The notes: generated by a model from the letters alone, not told the origin. 64,000 bases of DNA from Eledone cirrhosa (GCA_964016885.1 OZ024743.1:103602001-103666000), one strand, 5' to 3'. Shown: positions 26,938 through 41,513, counted from the first letter of the stretch. Program-made: numbers and translations.

Positions 26938-27008
<71 letters not shown>

Positions 27009-28545
27009 GAAAATGATTCCTTTAGTAGGAATATTTTTGAATGAACATATTTTCCTTACTTATTCGTATTTGTTCTGTTGTATTGTCAGTGCAAACGTAT
27101 GTTAAGGTTTATTTAGTTCGGGTTTGTATTTTCTAAAGTAGAAGGTGTTATGTGTGTGTGTATGTGTCTGTTTGGATGGTTAGCATGTTATGGTGTTGAC
27201 ATAATGTATATTAAACCATATTAAATGCTGGTTTTTGAATAAACATATTTTCCTTATTTATTCGTATTTGTTCTGTTGTATTGTTAGCGCAAAGGTAAAA
27301 TGGGAAGACTTGGAATTTGGGTGTCTTCTTACTTGCGCATATGTCTAGATGTGCGCTTAGTGGTATCTGTCTCGTGGTTGGATCTCGTAATTGTTGGCGA
27401 TGAACTGTCATTCTGTTTCTGAGTGTGAGTTTAGTTTGTCCTATATAATCTTCATTGCATCCTTTACATTTAATGGCATAAATTAGATTTTTTGATGAGC
27501 AAGTGAAGTGATTTTTTTAAAGTAAAATTTTGTCCTGATTTAAATGTATACGTGTTGCCTTCAATGAGGTGAGTGCAGGTTCCACAATTAGAGCGACCAC
27601 ATTTTTTGACACTTGGTTGTGGGTTTGTGGTAGGTAATTTGGCATTGGTGAGTAATGTTTTCAGTGATTTCGGTTGTCTTTTGCTTTTGATTATTTTGTG
27701 TGTTTCAAGGGCCTTTTTTCATTCTTGGGTTTTGTTTTAGTAGTGGGATGTTCTTGTGAATAGTGTTGTAAGCTTCCGCATTTCTTGGGTTGTGTGTTGA
27801 GATATATGATAGAATATTGGACGTACCTTGAATTTGTTTCTGTTTACGTAATTCATCAATGCCTATTGCTTTAGCCCTTTCTATTTCATTATTTATTAGT
27901 AATAGTGGGTACTCGCTTTCGAGTAGAATTTCCTTTAATACTTGAAGTCTTTTATTTCGCGTTTCATAATTGTAGACAATTGTGCAAATTCTTCTTGCTA
28001 GGTTAAAAGGAATGTTCGTCTTCGTGTGCTTTTGATGGCTGGAGGTGAATAGAAGGTATTGTTTGGAATCTGTTGGTTTGTAGTGTATGTCAGTTTCAAT
28101 ATTTGTGTCTTTTTTTAAGATTAAGATGTCCAGAAATGGGAGTTGATCTTGGCTGTATTCCATTGTGAATTGGATGTCGTTATTGATGCCGTTTATTAAG
28201 TTTTTGAAATCCTTCAGTTGGTCGAGTGTGTGGGACCAAAGAATGAGACAATCATCCAAGTAGAGTTTCCAATTCTCTGATACATATTTGTGGAAGTTCA
28301 ATCCGTATTTTGATTTGAACTATTCATATATCTGGACTTCTAAGTATGCCATGACTAAGTTGGCATAAGTTGGAGCAGCTTTTGTACCCATCGCAGTCCC
28401 CGATATTTGCTTGTAAGTACTGCCATCGAAATCAAAAAAGTTGTTCTGTAAGATGAATTTTAATCCCTCGGTGATGAAGCTTTTCTCTATTCTGTCAGGT
28501 ATCTCATTGGGATATTTCTCTAGCCAGGGGTCTAGTAACATTTTT
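25655..28545 (-). mobile_element. 5'-truncated Penelope-like element: RT, GIY-YIG and long 3' region with an internal ~370 bp duplication and terminal hammerhead-like motif
   Basis: KQISGTAMGTKAAPTYANL, YLDDCL, LPFLD, YKPTDS, LIYAIKCKGC..YIGQT..LRNRMTVH. 25975-26290 is duplicated at 26343-26660. Confidence 0.88.
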
Positions 28546-28874
28546 TTCTTCTGGAAAATCTGATTTGCGGCCAGGCTAGAACTTTTGGGGTGGCATATCG
28601 GCAGTAACAATGACGATAAGCCGTCTGTGCTTTCGTGAAATAAATACGTTTGTTTATATTATGTTTTGTGTATGCAAAAATATCTGTACACGAATATATA
28701 ATTATATATATATTAAAATAACAGATTAAAGTTTAAGCAAAGAATCGCTGCTTTCACCCTTAACGGGATCTTCTGAAACTAAAAAAATCAATCTGTGAAC
28801 GCAGAAGTAAATATTTCGAAAAACGTTGCAACCGAAAGAAAACAGGAAGATGATACTTTGGTTCGTGAAGACGT

Positions 28875-29088
28875 TAGGAAGGTTGTATAACCAGAAGTGT
28901 TGACATTTGATAATTTTAAAGAAGTGAATATTTAAATAATGTCTTTAATCTTTTAACAAAATTCAGTAGACAAAAATACTCTCACTTTCTTACTTGGAAA
29001 AAGTTACATCTATGGTGCAAATTTGGTGCTGTTTGGTCCAGCCGCCTGGCGGAAAGTTTGTTACTTACATACAGCTTTATAGTATAGA
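28875..29088 (-). mobile_element. Probable Helitron 5'-end fragment
   Basis: Minus strand reads A|TCTATACTATAAAGCTGTATGTAAGT...CACCAAATTTGCACC, matching the TC-start style of the 60869 end. No 3' CTAG end was found. Confidence 0.5.
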
Positions 29089-29105
29089 TATGTATATATA
29101 TATAT

Positions 29106-29302
29106 ATAGGAACAAGTAAGACCCCGACGGCTGAGCTCAAGCCGTTTCGACGGCTAATTCTGTACAGTACAGAATTAGCCGTCGAAACGGCTTGAGCTTA
29201 GCCGTCGGGGTCTTACTTGTTCCTATTACCCACTCTACTACCCTAAGTATTGAGTACTTTGGTGCGTTATGGTCCACCTGGTTCCTTACCACATTTCCTT
29301 CG

Positions 29303-29303
<1 letters not shown>
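29106..29303 (+). mobile_element. Short PLE-type fold-back with tail; family also at 34867-35060 and 56255-56433 (-)
   Basis: Arms of ~60 bp ATAGGAACAAGTAAGACCCCGACGGCT...AGCCGTCGGGGTCTTACTTGTTCCTAT, then an unpaired tail, all within (TA)n. Confidence 0.78.
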
Positions 29304-29360
<57 letters not shown>

Positions 29361-29804
29361 TATATAATTCAGTGCGGAGTGAATTGTATTAAAGAATACG
29401 ATGAAGTGAAGTTTCGTTTACAGGTAGTTAGATTTCGATTGTGTATCAACCTTTACGCACGATTCACAGAGGATTGGCTCAAGGCCACCAATAGAAGTTA
29501 AGCACTCGACTCCTTTATAGATCTACTTGCCAGAGTGGTGATTCCACAAACAAATGTTGCGTATAAATTATTTGAACCCACACACACACGTGCGCGCGCA
29601 TGTGCGTGTGTGTATGTGTGTGTGTGTGCGTGTGTGTGTGTGTGTGCGTGTGTGTGTGTGTGTAATCTGAGTTTTTCGAATATTAATAATAATAATATTC
29701 GATTCGTTTGCAATTATGCAAACAGCCTCTTTTATAAGCCATGTCAGTAGAATGAACCCCTCATTCTCGATCTTGTTTTATTATTAGTATTCGAAAAAGG
29801 GCAG

Positions 29805-30015
29805 TAGATTGGCAGTATCGGTAGAGGGTCGGACGCTATGCTGTGCAACATAGAGTTACGGTCCTTTACGGTCTGAGTTCAAATCCCGCCGAGGTTAACT
29901 TTGCATTTCATCCTTACGGGGTCGATAAAATAAAGTACCCGTCACGCACTGGGGTGGATTTAATTGACTTTGCCCTCCCCAAAAATTGCTGGCCTTGTGC
30001 CTATATAAGAAACCC
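29805..30015 (+). mobile_element. tRNA-derived SINE; further copies at 30570-30745, 37097-37275, 45965-46110 (+) and 50296-50438, 63580-63700 (-)
   Basis: A box TGGCAGTATCGG, B box GAGTTCAAATCC and the shared core TTCATCCTTACGGGGTCGATAAAATAAAGTACC. Confidence 0.85.
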
Positions 30016-30128
30016 TTATTAGTATTCGAAAAACTTACATTTATTGTATTCAGCCATGTAGAGTTGTTAGCTATTATGTATGTATATATATATATGTGTG
30101 TGTGTTTGTGTGTATATATATATATATA

Positions 30129-30245
<117 letters not shown>

Positions 30246-31259
30246 ATATATATTAGAAAGTGACGTTTTTTTTACAAAATGAAAAATAACCGAAGTGTCC
30301 TACACGAGTGAAAGTGTAAAGAAAAAAAGATGAAATCGAAAATGCAACTGGTGTCTTATTTTTTAACTCTACTTTTGAAAAGCAGAAGAACTGCGAAACC
30401 GGTAAAGGAACCAAATAAATATATATACATTTTAAAAAATAAGACTCCAGTTGCATTTTCGATTTCATCTTTTTTTCTATATATATATATAAGGCAGCAT
30501 ATATACTTCTTATATATTATATACCATATATGCTTCTTATATATTATACATTCTTATATATTATATACTGTATCGGTATAGGTTCGGACACCATGCTTTT
30601 CAGCATAGAGTTACGGCCCCTTCCGTTCTGAGTTCTAATCCCGCCGATGTTAACTTTGCCTTTCATCCTTACGAGATCGATGAAATAAAGTACCAGTATT
30701 GCACTGGGATAATTGCTGGTCTTGTGCCAAAAATAGAAACAATATTATATACCTATATAAGTTAAACCTATTTGAGTTGCTGATCAAATATTTTATACGC
30801 AAAAAGTATATAGGCAGTAGCGTATTTAGAACTTATTACCGAGTGAGTAAATATATCTGACGATTGATTAGAAGATCCTGAAACACCAGAGTCTGGCATT
30901 CTAATACAACTACGGAGATAGTTGTGACATGATCACAGGTTAATATCCTCACAGAGACACTTATTTATCTTTATTATACATAAAAATATCGTTGTATCTT
31001 CATATAAACACTGTTGTGGATTCAGCTAATATTAGTCCTAATGGTAACACAAATATCGGTGTGTCAATGTTTGTGTGTATGCATGAGTGTGGGTGCCCTT
31101 TGCATGCTGTGTCCACTAGGTAAAACCTACATTTAATTAAAGGGATGGCGATTAATTTTTCACCGGGTTAGTGCCCTGCCAAGGGTGCTGGCTTGTATAT
31201 GGAGGCTTCATACCAAACAAAAAATTATAACCACAGGCTGGATTATTTTCTATGTATAA

Positions 31260-31319
<60 letters not shown>

Positions 31320-32209
31320 ACTAGAAATAGATTGACATATGTATATATATTATATAAAATAAATACATGAAACGTGGTTCGAATCATTCACAGATTTGCA
31401 TTTGCTTTGTAAACACATATGGTTATTTTCTTCTCCTTTGGTGAACATCCAATAGTTGGTCCCATCAATTTAACCTAGAAAATATTGTACACACACACAC
31501 ACACAGACTTATATATATATATATAATATAGATACATATATACATATATAGAAATATATATATATATATATATATATATAGTTTTGCGAGGTTTTTTATA
31601 TGAAATCGTGTGTCGAAACAGATATTGTTATACTTGGGGAGGGTCATATTTGCGTAATATTGCCAGAATTAATAACAGAACACACTATATATATATGAAA
31701 AATATGGGGAGAAAAATACTGCATGGTTGCACATGGATTACATGTTATAAAATGAGTCCCTCATATATATATATAAGTGTGTGTTTACAATATTTCCTAG
31801 GTTAAATTGATGGGATCAACTATTATACGGATAATATAATGGAGAGGCTTCAGTTGATTCTCAGTAAATAAATGCAAAACGATGACTTACTGTAATAATA
31901 GCAATGTTTCTATGAGTCAAATCATATTTCATACTATCAAATCCTCATAGCTCTTATAAATATTTACACTTTTCTACATCAAGAGTGAGGAACCTAGTGA
32001 CATTTTCTCCGTCGTAATATTTATACCTTTCTTCGTAAATGCTGATCTGTTTTCCGTAAAAATGACTTTTTCCATGAAATAAATGGGAAAATCCATGTTT
32101 TGGTGCAAAATATAGGGCATTGGCCTTTAGATGGGCTCGATATTTACATGCGTATATACGGTATAGACGTATATACACACACCCACACACATACACACAT
32201 TTATACATG

Positions 32210-32310
<101 letters not shown>

Positions 32311-32492
32311 TGTAAGCATATATGAATGTGAAATATATATTGATATACAGTATATACAACGCAAAGTGTTCTAAATTACGTATTAGATTAAGGGGAATAA
32401 TTAGAAATATTTAAGTTTTAAATAACAATTAAGACTGCATATACTCCAAAAGTGTTCTTAGAAATGTCATATATATACATACTTAAATGCAT

Positions 32493-32554
<62 letters not shown>

Positions 32555-33151
32555 TATACACATATATATATATATATATAAAATATATTCATGTACTTGG
32601 GAATGTGGACTTCTTTGGATGGAGGCCGTAATCAAATTGAATTGGTGTGTGCGTAATTGTGAATGGACATGGTATGCATAAACGAGTAAAGGTATGAGTG
32701 AATATTTTATAACGTTATTGTTTGTTACTGTCGGTGCATACAAACACTTTTTGTGATGCATTGTGTGTCCTTGCAACAAACATGCGCACGCTCTCATATT
32801 CATAATCGCATATGATCAAACTATTACATATATATTCAAATGATTGAAGTTTTCTATAAATATGCACGCATGCATATAGCAGGTTTTTATATATGCAGCA
32901 GCCAATGCAGCAGTTATTTGCATAACTTTGGACAGAGAATCAGTTGCAGATATTTTCTAAACCAAACTTCAGGATTGTGCACAAGTGCCGGTAAGTTAGT
33001 CATGATGCTACCATTTTTATAGGAAGAAATTCTTATATTTCAATAAGCGAATTTCGAAAACTTTATATTGCGCAAACCGATATATCTGCAGATATATTAA
33101 CAGATAAACGTAGAAAAGTTTGAGAGAATACATAATATATATATACACATC

Positions 33152-33351
33152 NNNNNNNNNNNNNNNNNNNNNNNNNNNNNNNNNNNNNNNNNNNNNNNNN
33201 NNNNNNNNNNNNNNNNNNNNNNNNNNNNNNNNNNNNNNNNNNNNNNNNNNNNNNNNNNNNNNNNNNNNNNNNNNNNNNNNNNNNNNNNNNNNNNNNNNNN
33301 NNNNNNNNNNNNNNNNNNNNNNNNNNNNNNNNNNNNNNNNNNNNNNNNNNN
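33152..33351. other. Assembly gap (200 N)
   Basis: Run of exactly 200 N, typical of a scaffolding join. Contiguity across it is not guaranteed. Confidence 0.99.
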
Positions 33352-33471
33352 TAATTTCACATGACTTAGAGTCATAGGTCGTATCTGCCCTAACTATGGA
33401 TTCATAGGGTAAATCACAGGGCCTACGAACATCACAATAGTCATTAGAATATTTATCAGATAAGTTTCATT

Positions 33472-33509
<38 letters not shown>

Positions 33510-33891
33510 TATGTATACGTACATACATATATGTATACAGACGTACAGTAGTATGTATATACATACCTACATGCACACATATATATATATGTACGTATGG
33601 GTTTACCGAACATTTATTATAATGTTCGGTTTGTTTGTAAACAAACAGCCCGAATTAAGCCGTACAGTGTTCGGCAACCAGCGTTGCCCTTTTGTTCAAC
33701 ACTGATAAAGGAACGATGGACTAGTTTCTAGCTTATGAGCTGTCATACCTTTGTCTCAGTCGATTGAACGTTTGAAAGTATATACTTTCCTTATGCATAT
33801 ATATATATATAGTATTAAGGATACTATTTATGGTTATGTATATAATAAAGCTTTTTATGGTTATATATTTTTTATACAAACCCCATATTTA

Positions 33892-33922
<31 letters not shown>

Positions 33923-34066
33923 TTTATCCTTTAACCTTTATATGTAAATTGCCATGCTATATCATTTTGATGGCTGTCATCCCACTGTGGGTCAATATAT
34001 GCATATGTTTTTATATGTCCTCTTGTGTTGAAAAGGAGGTCAAGTATGTTATAGATCACTAAATAG

Positions 34067-34115
34067 TTGCTCCGAAGAATCCAAACCTCGGTTTGGAGGA
34101 AACAATTGTAAGCAA
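34067..34115 (+). ncRNA. Type I hammerhead motif with CCGAAGA core
   Basis: TTGCT-CCGAAGA-A-TCCAAACC-TC-GGTTTGGA-G-GAAA-CAATTG-TA-AGCAA followed by AATAAA. Confidence 0.65.
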
Positions 34116-34174
34116 ATAAATGATTTAAACTGAACTTTGATTATTGTAATCTCTCTCTCTATATATATATATAT

Positions 34175-34303
34175 ATATAGCATCTTTAAGCCCCTAAATC
34201 GATGTGGAATGATATGGATCCCATCATGGCCTACTATGGTAAGGGGACGCAAAAGCCAGATAGGAGCCGACGTTTAGGGAAAGAAAGAAAGGTAAATATG
34301 CAG

Positions 34304-34369
<66 letters not shown>

Positions 34370-34497
34370 AACACACACACCTTTATTTCTATTCCTAAAC
34401 TTCGGCTCGTGTCTGTCTGTTGTGCCCCCTAACCATAGTAGGTCATGATGGGATCCATATCATTCCATATCGATTTAGGGGCTTAAAGATGCTATAT
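34175..34497. repeat. Inverted repeat (~105 bp arms) around a microsatellite core
   Basis: TATAGCATCTTTAAGCCCCTAAATCGAT...ATCGATTTAGGGGCTTAAAGATGCTATA. Confidence 0.85.
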
Positions 34498-34504
34498 ATA
34501 TATC

Positions 34505-34530
<26 letters not shown>

Positions 34531-34540
<10 letters not shown>

Positions 34541-34745
34541 GAATGGCTTTCACCGTAATTTTGACTAAAGGAATTTAAGCCTGATAATGGGGTTTAGAAC
34601 CCTCAGATAAATGGAAAAAGATGAGTATTGACGTACATGTACGTCAATACTCATCTTTTTCCATTTATCTGAGGGTTCTAAACCCCATCATCAGGCTTAA
34701 ATTCCTTTAGTCAAAATTACGGTGAAAGCTATTCTATTTTCTAAT
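34531..34745. repeat. Near-perfect palindrome (~105 bp arms) centred on GACGTACATGTACGTC
   Basis: Arms are reverse complements with about 2 mismatches, lying between (TA)n tracts. Confidence 0.9.
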
Positions 34746-34780
34746 TTCAAACCTGCTCACTGTTTCAAAACATACTTACT

Positions 34781-34871
<91 letters not shown>

Positions 34872-35172
34872 AAAATGTATGATCCCGACAGCAGAGCTCA
34901 AGCCGTTTCGACGGCTATTTCTGGACTCCAGAAATAGCTGTCGAAACGGCTTGAGCTCTGCCGTCGGGGTCATACATTTTCCTATTACCCACTCTACTAG
35001 CCTAAGTATTAAGTACTCTGGTGCGTTATGGTCCATCTGGTTCCTTACCACAACTCTTTGGTTATGTATGTATATATATATAATACACACACGCACACAC
35101 ACATATATATATATACATATATATATATATACATACCTACATACATTCATATATATATATATATACATATAT

Positions 35173-35248
<76 letters not shown>

Positions 35249-35754
35249 GGGTACTTAGTAAAATCGAATCTTTGGCGGTTTGCAAGCAAATTCGGCCTAC
35301 CTATATGAAATGAATTAGCAAAGCACTCGACAAGGTAGGTCCTTAGAGTAATAACATACGTTTAAATAGCTTGACAAATTGAACATTGTGGTAGGAAAAA
35401 TCTAACACACAATATACCAAACTAACGAAAGAACTAACAGGTTGAGAAAAATACACCTGGACAAATCAAACGTTATACGTTTAAAGTGTTTCTATGAATC
35501 CGAAATCAAAAATCAGACTTACGTAACTGACAAGCTCGTGGTATTCATGATCGAACAGAGGATTCAGTTCATCAACAGGTTTTCGTTCTACCAAAGAACG
35601 GGGCAAAGGCTAAATGTTGCCGCTAATCTGCAGCGTATCGTATATTTAGTTGTCACGTGTTATTTCCCCGGTTTTTGGCGGTTCATTCAAAATGTTAGAC
35701 AAAGGAAATATTTTAATTTCCGCTAATCATCAGAACAAGCTCTCGACCAGATGT

Positions 35755-35846
<92 letters not shown>

Positions 35847-35873
35847 TTATACATATATATAATCATATATACA

Positions 35874-35927
<54 letters not shown>

Positions 35928-36002
35928 AAAGTTCTATTTAAATTGTTGGGATACAACAAGCAAATATTTTTATAACTGATATAAAGCACTCAACAAATAT
36001 TT

Positions 36003-36371
36003 GGAGTAAAAATACGATATTAACAAATGGAAACTATATTTATAAAACCATATTTATTTCATTATACATATTTCAAGGACACCAAGTTAAATTATGGTGT
36101 GCTTTCGTCAGATAAAATATAATATAGATCAGTTTTATAAATAAATATTGATATACCCTTAAATAATGCAACCATTACTGTTGAGCTTCCAACAGTAATG
36201 GTTGCATTATTTAAGTGTATGTCAATATTTATTTATAAAACTGATCTATATTATATTTTATCTGACGAAAGCACACCATAATTTAACTTGGTGTCCTTGA
36301 AATATGTATAATGAAATAAATATGGTTTTATAAATATAGTTTCCATTTGTTAATATCGTATTTTTACTCCC
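36003..36371. mobile_element. Fold-back (~180 bp arms) with a hammerhead-like motif in each arm; related sequence at 16815-16910
   Basis: Centre ACCATTACTGTTG-AGCTTC-CAACAGTAATGGT. Motif CTGACGA-AAG-C-ACACCA..TGGTGT-C-CTT-GAAA-TATG-TA then AATAAA. Confidence 0.72.
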
Positions 36372-36429
36372 AATATATATATATATATATATATATATAC
36401 ACCTAGAGATACAATAAAAGATTTACTAT

Positions 36430-36690
36430 TGGCATGAATAACTGAAGACCCCATCCATCGTCCACAGAGTAACGTATGCATACAGAATGATTGTGTGGTT
36501 ATGTGCTCCCGAGTAGAGCCCGCATCCGTGTCGCTTAAACGACTAAATTGGAAAAAAAATTTCTCTGAACTCAACCACACTATCTACATGCCAATATGTC
36601 GACGATACATTTGTTGTCACTGACAACGATGAAGAGATTGGTCGTATTATGATGATCCCAAGAATAATTTCTTATGTTGACATTTACAAT
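36430..36690 (+). pseudogene. Highly decayed PLE-type RT fragment
   Basis: IQNDCVVMCSRVEP resembles the QxDGVAMGSPLGP motif and is followed by YVDDTFVV. Confidence 0.55.
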
Positions 36691-36816
36691 CCATTATAAG
36701 GCAGAAAGCAGAGCACCATTGTCTTACACATAAACTTAGCAATTTGGAATAAACTCACATATACACTCACACAAACACATTCACATACACAGACAAACAC
36801 GCAGAAACAACCACAC

Positions 36817-36871
<55 letters not shown>

Positions 36872-37713
36872 GAGGAGTGGGAGAGGTCGATAGATATAAA
36901 TATAGGTATAGATATATCGCAAATCCTCCATCTCATATATATATAAATGGAAGTTTAGTATATATATATGTATTTATTATATTATTATATTATTTTATTC
37001 TCTTATTATCTTTTATTATTAGTACCAGTAATGCACTGGGTAATTGCTGACCTTGTGCCTAAAAGTAGAAACAATTATTTTAGAAACACTTATTTTATTG
37101 GCAGTATCGATAGAGGGTCGGACATACTTTCCAGCATAGTTACGTCCCTTTACGATCTGAGTTCAAATCCAGCCGAGGTTAACTTTGCCTTTCATCCATA
37201 CAGAGGTCGATAAAATAAAGTACCAGTAATGTACTGGGTATTTGCTGGCCTTGTGCCAAAAGTAGAAACAATTATTTTTATTATTATTATAAAATAAAGT
37301 ACCAGTAATACACTGGGTAATTGCTGGCCTTGTGCCAAAGAGTAGAAACAATTATTTTATTATTTTTCATTATATTTTTTTCATTATTATTTTACTTTAT
37401 TTTATTTTATTATTTTCATTATTTTTATATATTTTTATTACTTTATTATAATTTATATTATGTTTTAACATGTTTTTTTATGTATTTTTTATGCTTTTGC
37501 ATTTTTAGCTTTTGCATTCTTTGTTTTGTGTGCCATCTATTATATCTTCATCTTGTTGAATCCGCTTATGCCTTGGCATTTAGCAGCGATGCTTAACAAC
37601 CCCCAGCATGCACCTCTTTGTTCGCCATCTCCAACCTCCCTATCTTTATTCTGATTGTTCGTGTGACTAGGTTTTTTGTAGAGCTTATACTCAACACTGT
37701 ATTTATTTATTAG

Positions 37714-37759
37714 GCTCTGAGGATCCCCTGCCAAAAGGTGAGGATGAAACATTGTAAGC
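37714..37759 (+). ncRNA. Minimal type I hammerhead motif
   Basis: GCT-CTGAGGA-TCCCCTGCCAAAAGGTGAGGAT-GAAA-CATTG-TA-AGC. Confidence 0.55.
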
Positions 37760-37929
37760 AAATAACGACTGTTTGAGTATGTAAGCGTTCTTTGGTTTCT
37801 TTTGCATATAACGGCTCTGTTCTTGTACATTGAGTTAACACAATACTGCCATAATAGAGTACGGTGAGTGCGGTTTATGCACATACGCTCCGTGCTATAT
37901 ATAAATAAATATATATATATATGTATATA

Positions 37930-38015
<86 letters not shown>

Positions 38016-38403
38016 GAGAAATAGATAGATATAGTTATCGATATAAATATATATATGCGTATATCTACATATATACATATATATATATATGATATATATA
38101 TATATATATATCATATATATACATATGTATATATGTATATATACGTATATATATACATATATATATATATGATGTGTATATATATATATATACACGTCTT
38201 TCTGAAGACGGCATATGTATGTGTTGGTATGTATATTAGATTTGATAGTTTGTATAATTTTGTATAATTTTGTACATAGATCTGTTGAATATGCATGCCA
38301 ATTCTAACACATATATGTCCTAGAAACGATCGTTAAATAATGAACCTTTTTTTTGTTTAATATAAGGAACTGTTTCATTGTTTTATTCATTATTTTTTTT
38401 AAT

Positions 38404-38499
<96 letters not shown>

Positions 38500-38532
38500 C
38501 ATATATATGTACATATACGTATATACATATGA

Positions 38533-38567
<35 letters not shown>

Positions 38568-38751
38568 CATATTTACGTTTATATACATGTAATATATATT
38601 CATTTATTTACATGTATAAATTGTTTTCTTATATAAATATGTATATATGTACATTTATATATTTGTGTATGTATGCATATAAATATACATATGTATGCTT
38701 ATATGTACACACACATACACACACACACAAATATATATATGTATATATATG

Positions 38752-38817
<66 letters not shown>

Positions 38818-39538
38818 GGTGTGTGTGTGGGGGGGGGGTATGTATATACATACATGCATACGCATATACGTATAGAGAAGAGAGAGAGAGGTGTGAGAGG
38901 GAGAGAGAGAGAAAGCAAAAGTAGTAAAAAGATTTTAAAGGGAGGGGGAGGCTATCGACATTGAGCACGAGCTGAAGTTTATTTTTGACTGGTGATCTTA
39001 ACTATTTCGACAGTTTATGATGGATTATATCATTTCACAAGCTGCCAAATGTCCTTTCTGCTAGTACGAAATATCAGATTTAAATTGAACATCACAGCCC
39101 GCTTTTCTCTTTGTACGTATTTCTAACTTTATTACAAACACCAGACCAAAATCTATAACATGTATACTTAGCGGTATTTGTTCCAGTTTTCTACGATTGG
39201 AGTTCATATCTCGACTAGGCCACATGATAAATGATATACTATTCAAAAGGATTTGTTGGGCTTGTTAAAGCGTCAGACGAGATGTTTTACGGTGTGTGTT
39301 TCGACTCTTTGTATTCTTAGTTCAGATTCCACCACCTTATTCAGACCCCTAAACAATAAAGTTATTGCAGAGTACTACCATCGTGTCCATGTTAAATAAA
39401 AAGGATAGAACTTTCCATCAGAATCAAATGAACTTATGGAAACAGTGTCGCCTGAGTTCCTAATAGCACTATGTATACGGAAAGATACGGAGAGATACGA
39501 TGAGATATTATATTCACATATACTTATACACACACACA

Positions 39539-39624
<86 letters not shown>

Positions 39625-39833
39625 CAGAGATATATAGTTTGATTAAAATAACAGGAGGCCAGAATCGTAATGTTCCTTTAAAGTTTTATTGTATAAAACT
39701 AATATTTAACTCTGTTCATGCACCAGCCACGGGATTTAACATCAACGAGCGATGAGTTGTGTGATGTAGAGTGCTTTTCCTACTATACATAATGGTTAAC
39801 TAAACGGGACATTTCTATCCAGTGGAGAACCAC

Positions 39834-39885
<52 letters not shown>

Positions 39886-40696
39886 CAAGTAAAACGGTAT
39901 CAGGCAAGCATACGCTTGCCTGATGCTGAAATATCAACATCTCTTCGATGGCTGAAGAAAACTATATTTAATTTACATATAAACACCTGTCTGACAACTA
40001 GGCATTGAATAACTGTTGAATAATAACCTTTCGATGCATTTGAAATGTACATAAATGGTATGATGTAATGAAATAAACTGATGTTGAACATGCGATACAG
40101 TCTCTCATTTTTTAATTAATATTGATACTTTATTTTATACCATATACGTAACATCTTATGGTATCATTACGTGAAATGCTTGCGCCTGATTACATTAAAG
40201 TTGGTGGATTCCCAGATCAACCAACACATATTATCGTAATATATATACAGGTAAAATTCAGTTATATTCTTTTCCGTTTATCGTTTTCGGTGCACCCGGC
40301 CGATTAACCCACTCGATATGCAAATTGGGCTACTCAACCGTTAATATGCATAAGGTAAGTATATACGTTCAACAATCTGGCAAGAAGGTGTACGTTGCTG
40401 ACGATAGCTAATAAGCTTGAAACTAGTACAGCGTTCCTTTGTCAGTGTTGAACGAACGAGCAACGATGGTTGCTGGACAGTACGGCTTATTACGGGATGT
40501 TTGTTTACAAACACACCGAGCATTATAATAAATGTTCGGTGAATCCATACGTACATATATATATGTGTGCATGTGTGTATATATATATACATACTACTGT
40601 GCGTCTGTATACATATATGTATGTACGTGTACATACTTATATTTAAGTAACAGCCGTACTAAGAGTGGGAAATGAAATTTCGTTTCATTTTTTCCG

Positions 40697-40817
<121 letters not shown>

Positions 40818-41052
40818 GTATATATATATATGTATATATATATATGTGTGTGTATGTGTCTATATATATATATATATATATGTATGTATATATGTGTGTA
40901 TGTGTTTATATATATATATATATATAAATATATATATGTATATATATATATATGTATATATATATACATATATATATTTGTGTGTGTGTATGTGTCTATA
41001 TATGTATATATATATATATATATATGTGTATGTATATATGTGTGTATGTGTT

Positions 41053-41083
<31 letters not shown>

Positions 41084-41189
41084 CTGTCTGTATGTATGTG
41101 TGTGTGTGAATATGATTGTTGACATCTGAAAAATAGATTAAGAGAAACTTAACAATAAAGAGAGGCACCACAAACTTGAACCTGCTTAT

Positions 41190-41479
41190 AGATTTCTTTC
41201 TGCCTTTGTCACTTTAAAGAATTAGCTTTTAAAGAATTCCCATTTCTTTAAACCCATGAACCAACGCCCTCCACCCATCCCAATCCCCACCCTCTCCTAC
41301 CACCAGAAAAGATATAAATACCACCATATTTACTTAGACAGTCAGCTTCCTGATGACTTCGCACGAATGAAACAGTTCTAATCCTGTAGAAGCTTTTCTA
41401 TATTAAACATTTATACTCTAGTAAGTATTAAGTGCCTTACTTACTGTGGTTACCTCCGATTGAACCCGGATTAACTTAT

Positions 41480-41480
<1 letters not shown>
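41190..41480 (+). mobile_element. PLE terminal repeat with canonical hammerhead at 41344-41394; same family as 53340-53780
   Basis: AGCTTC-CTGATGA-CTTCGCACGAAT-GAAA-CAG-TTCTAATC-CTG-TA-GAAGCT, with 6-bp stem I, 4-bp stem III and GUA cleavage triplet. Confidence 0.8.
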
Positions 41481-41512
<32 letters not shown>

Positions 41513-41513
41513 C

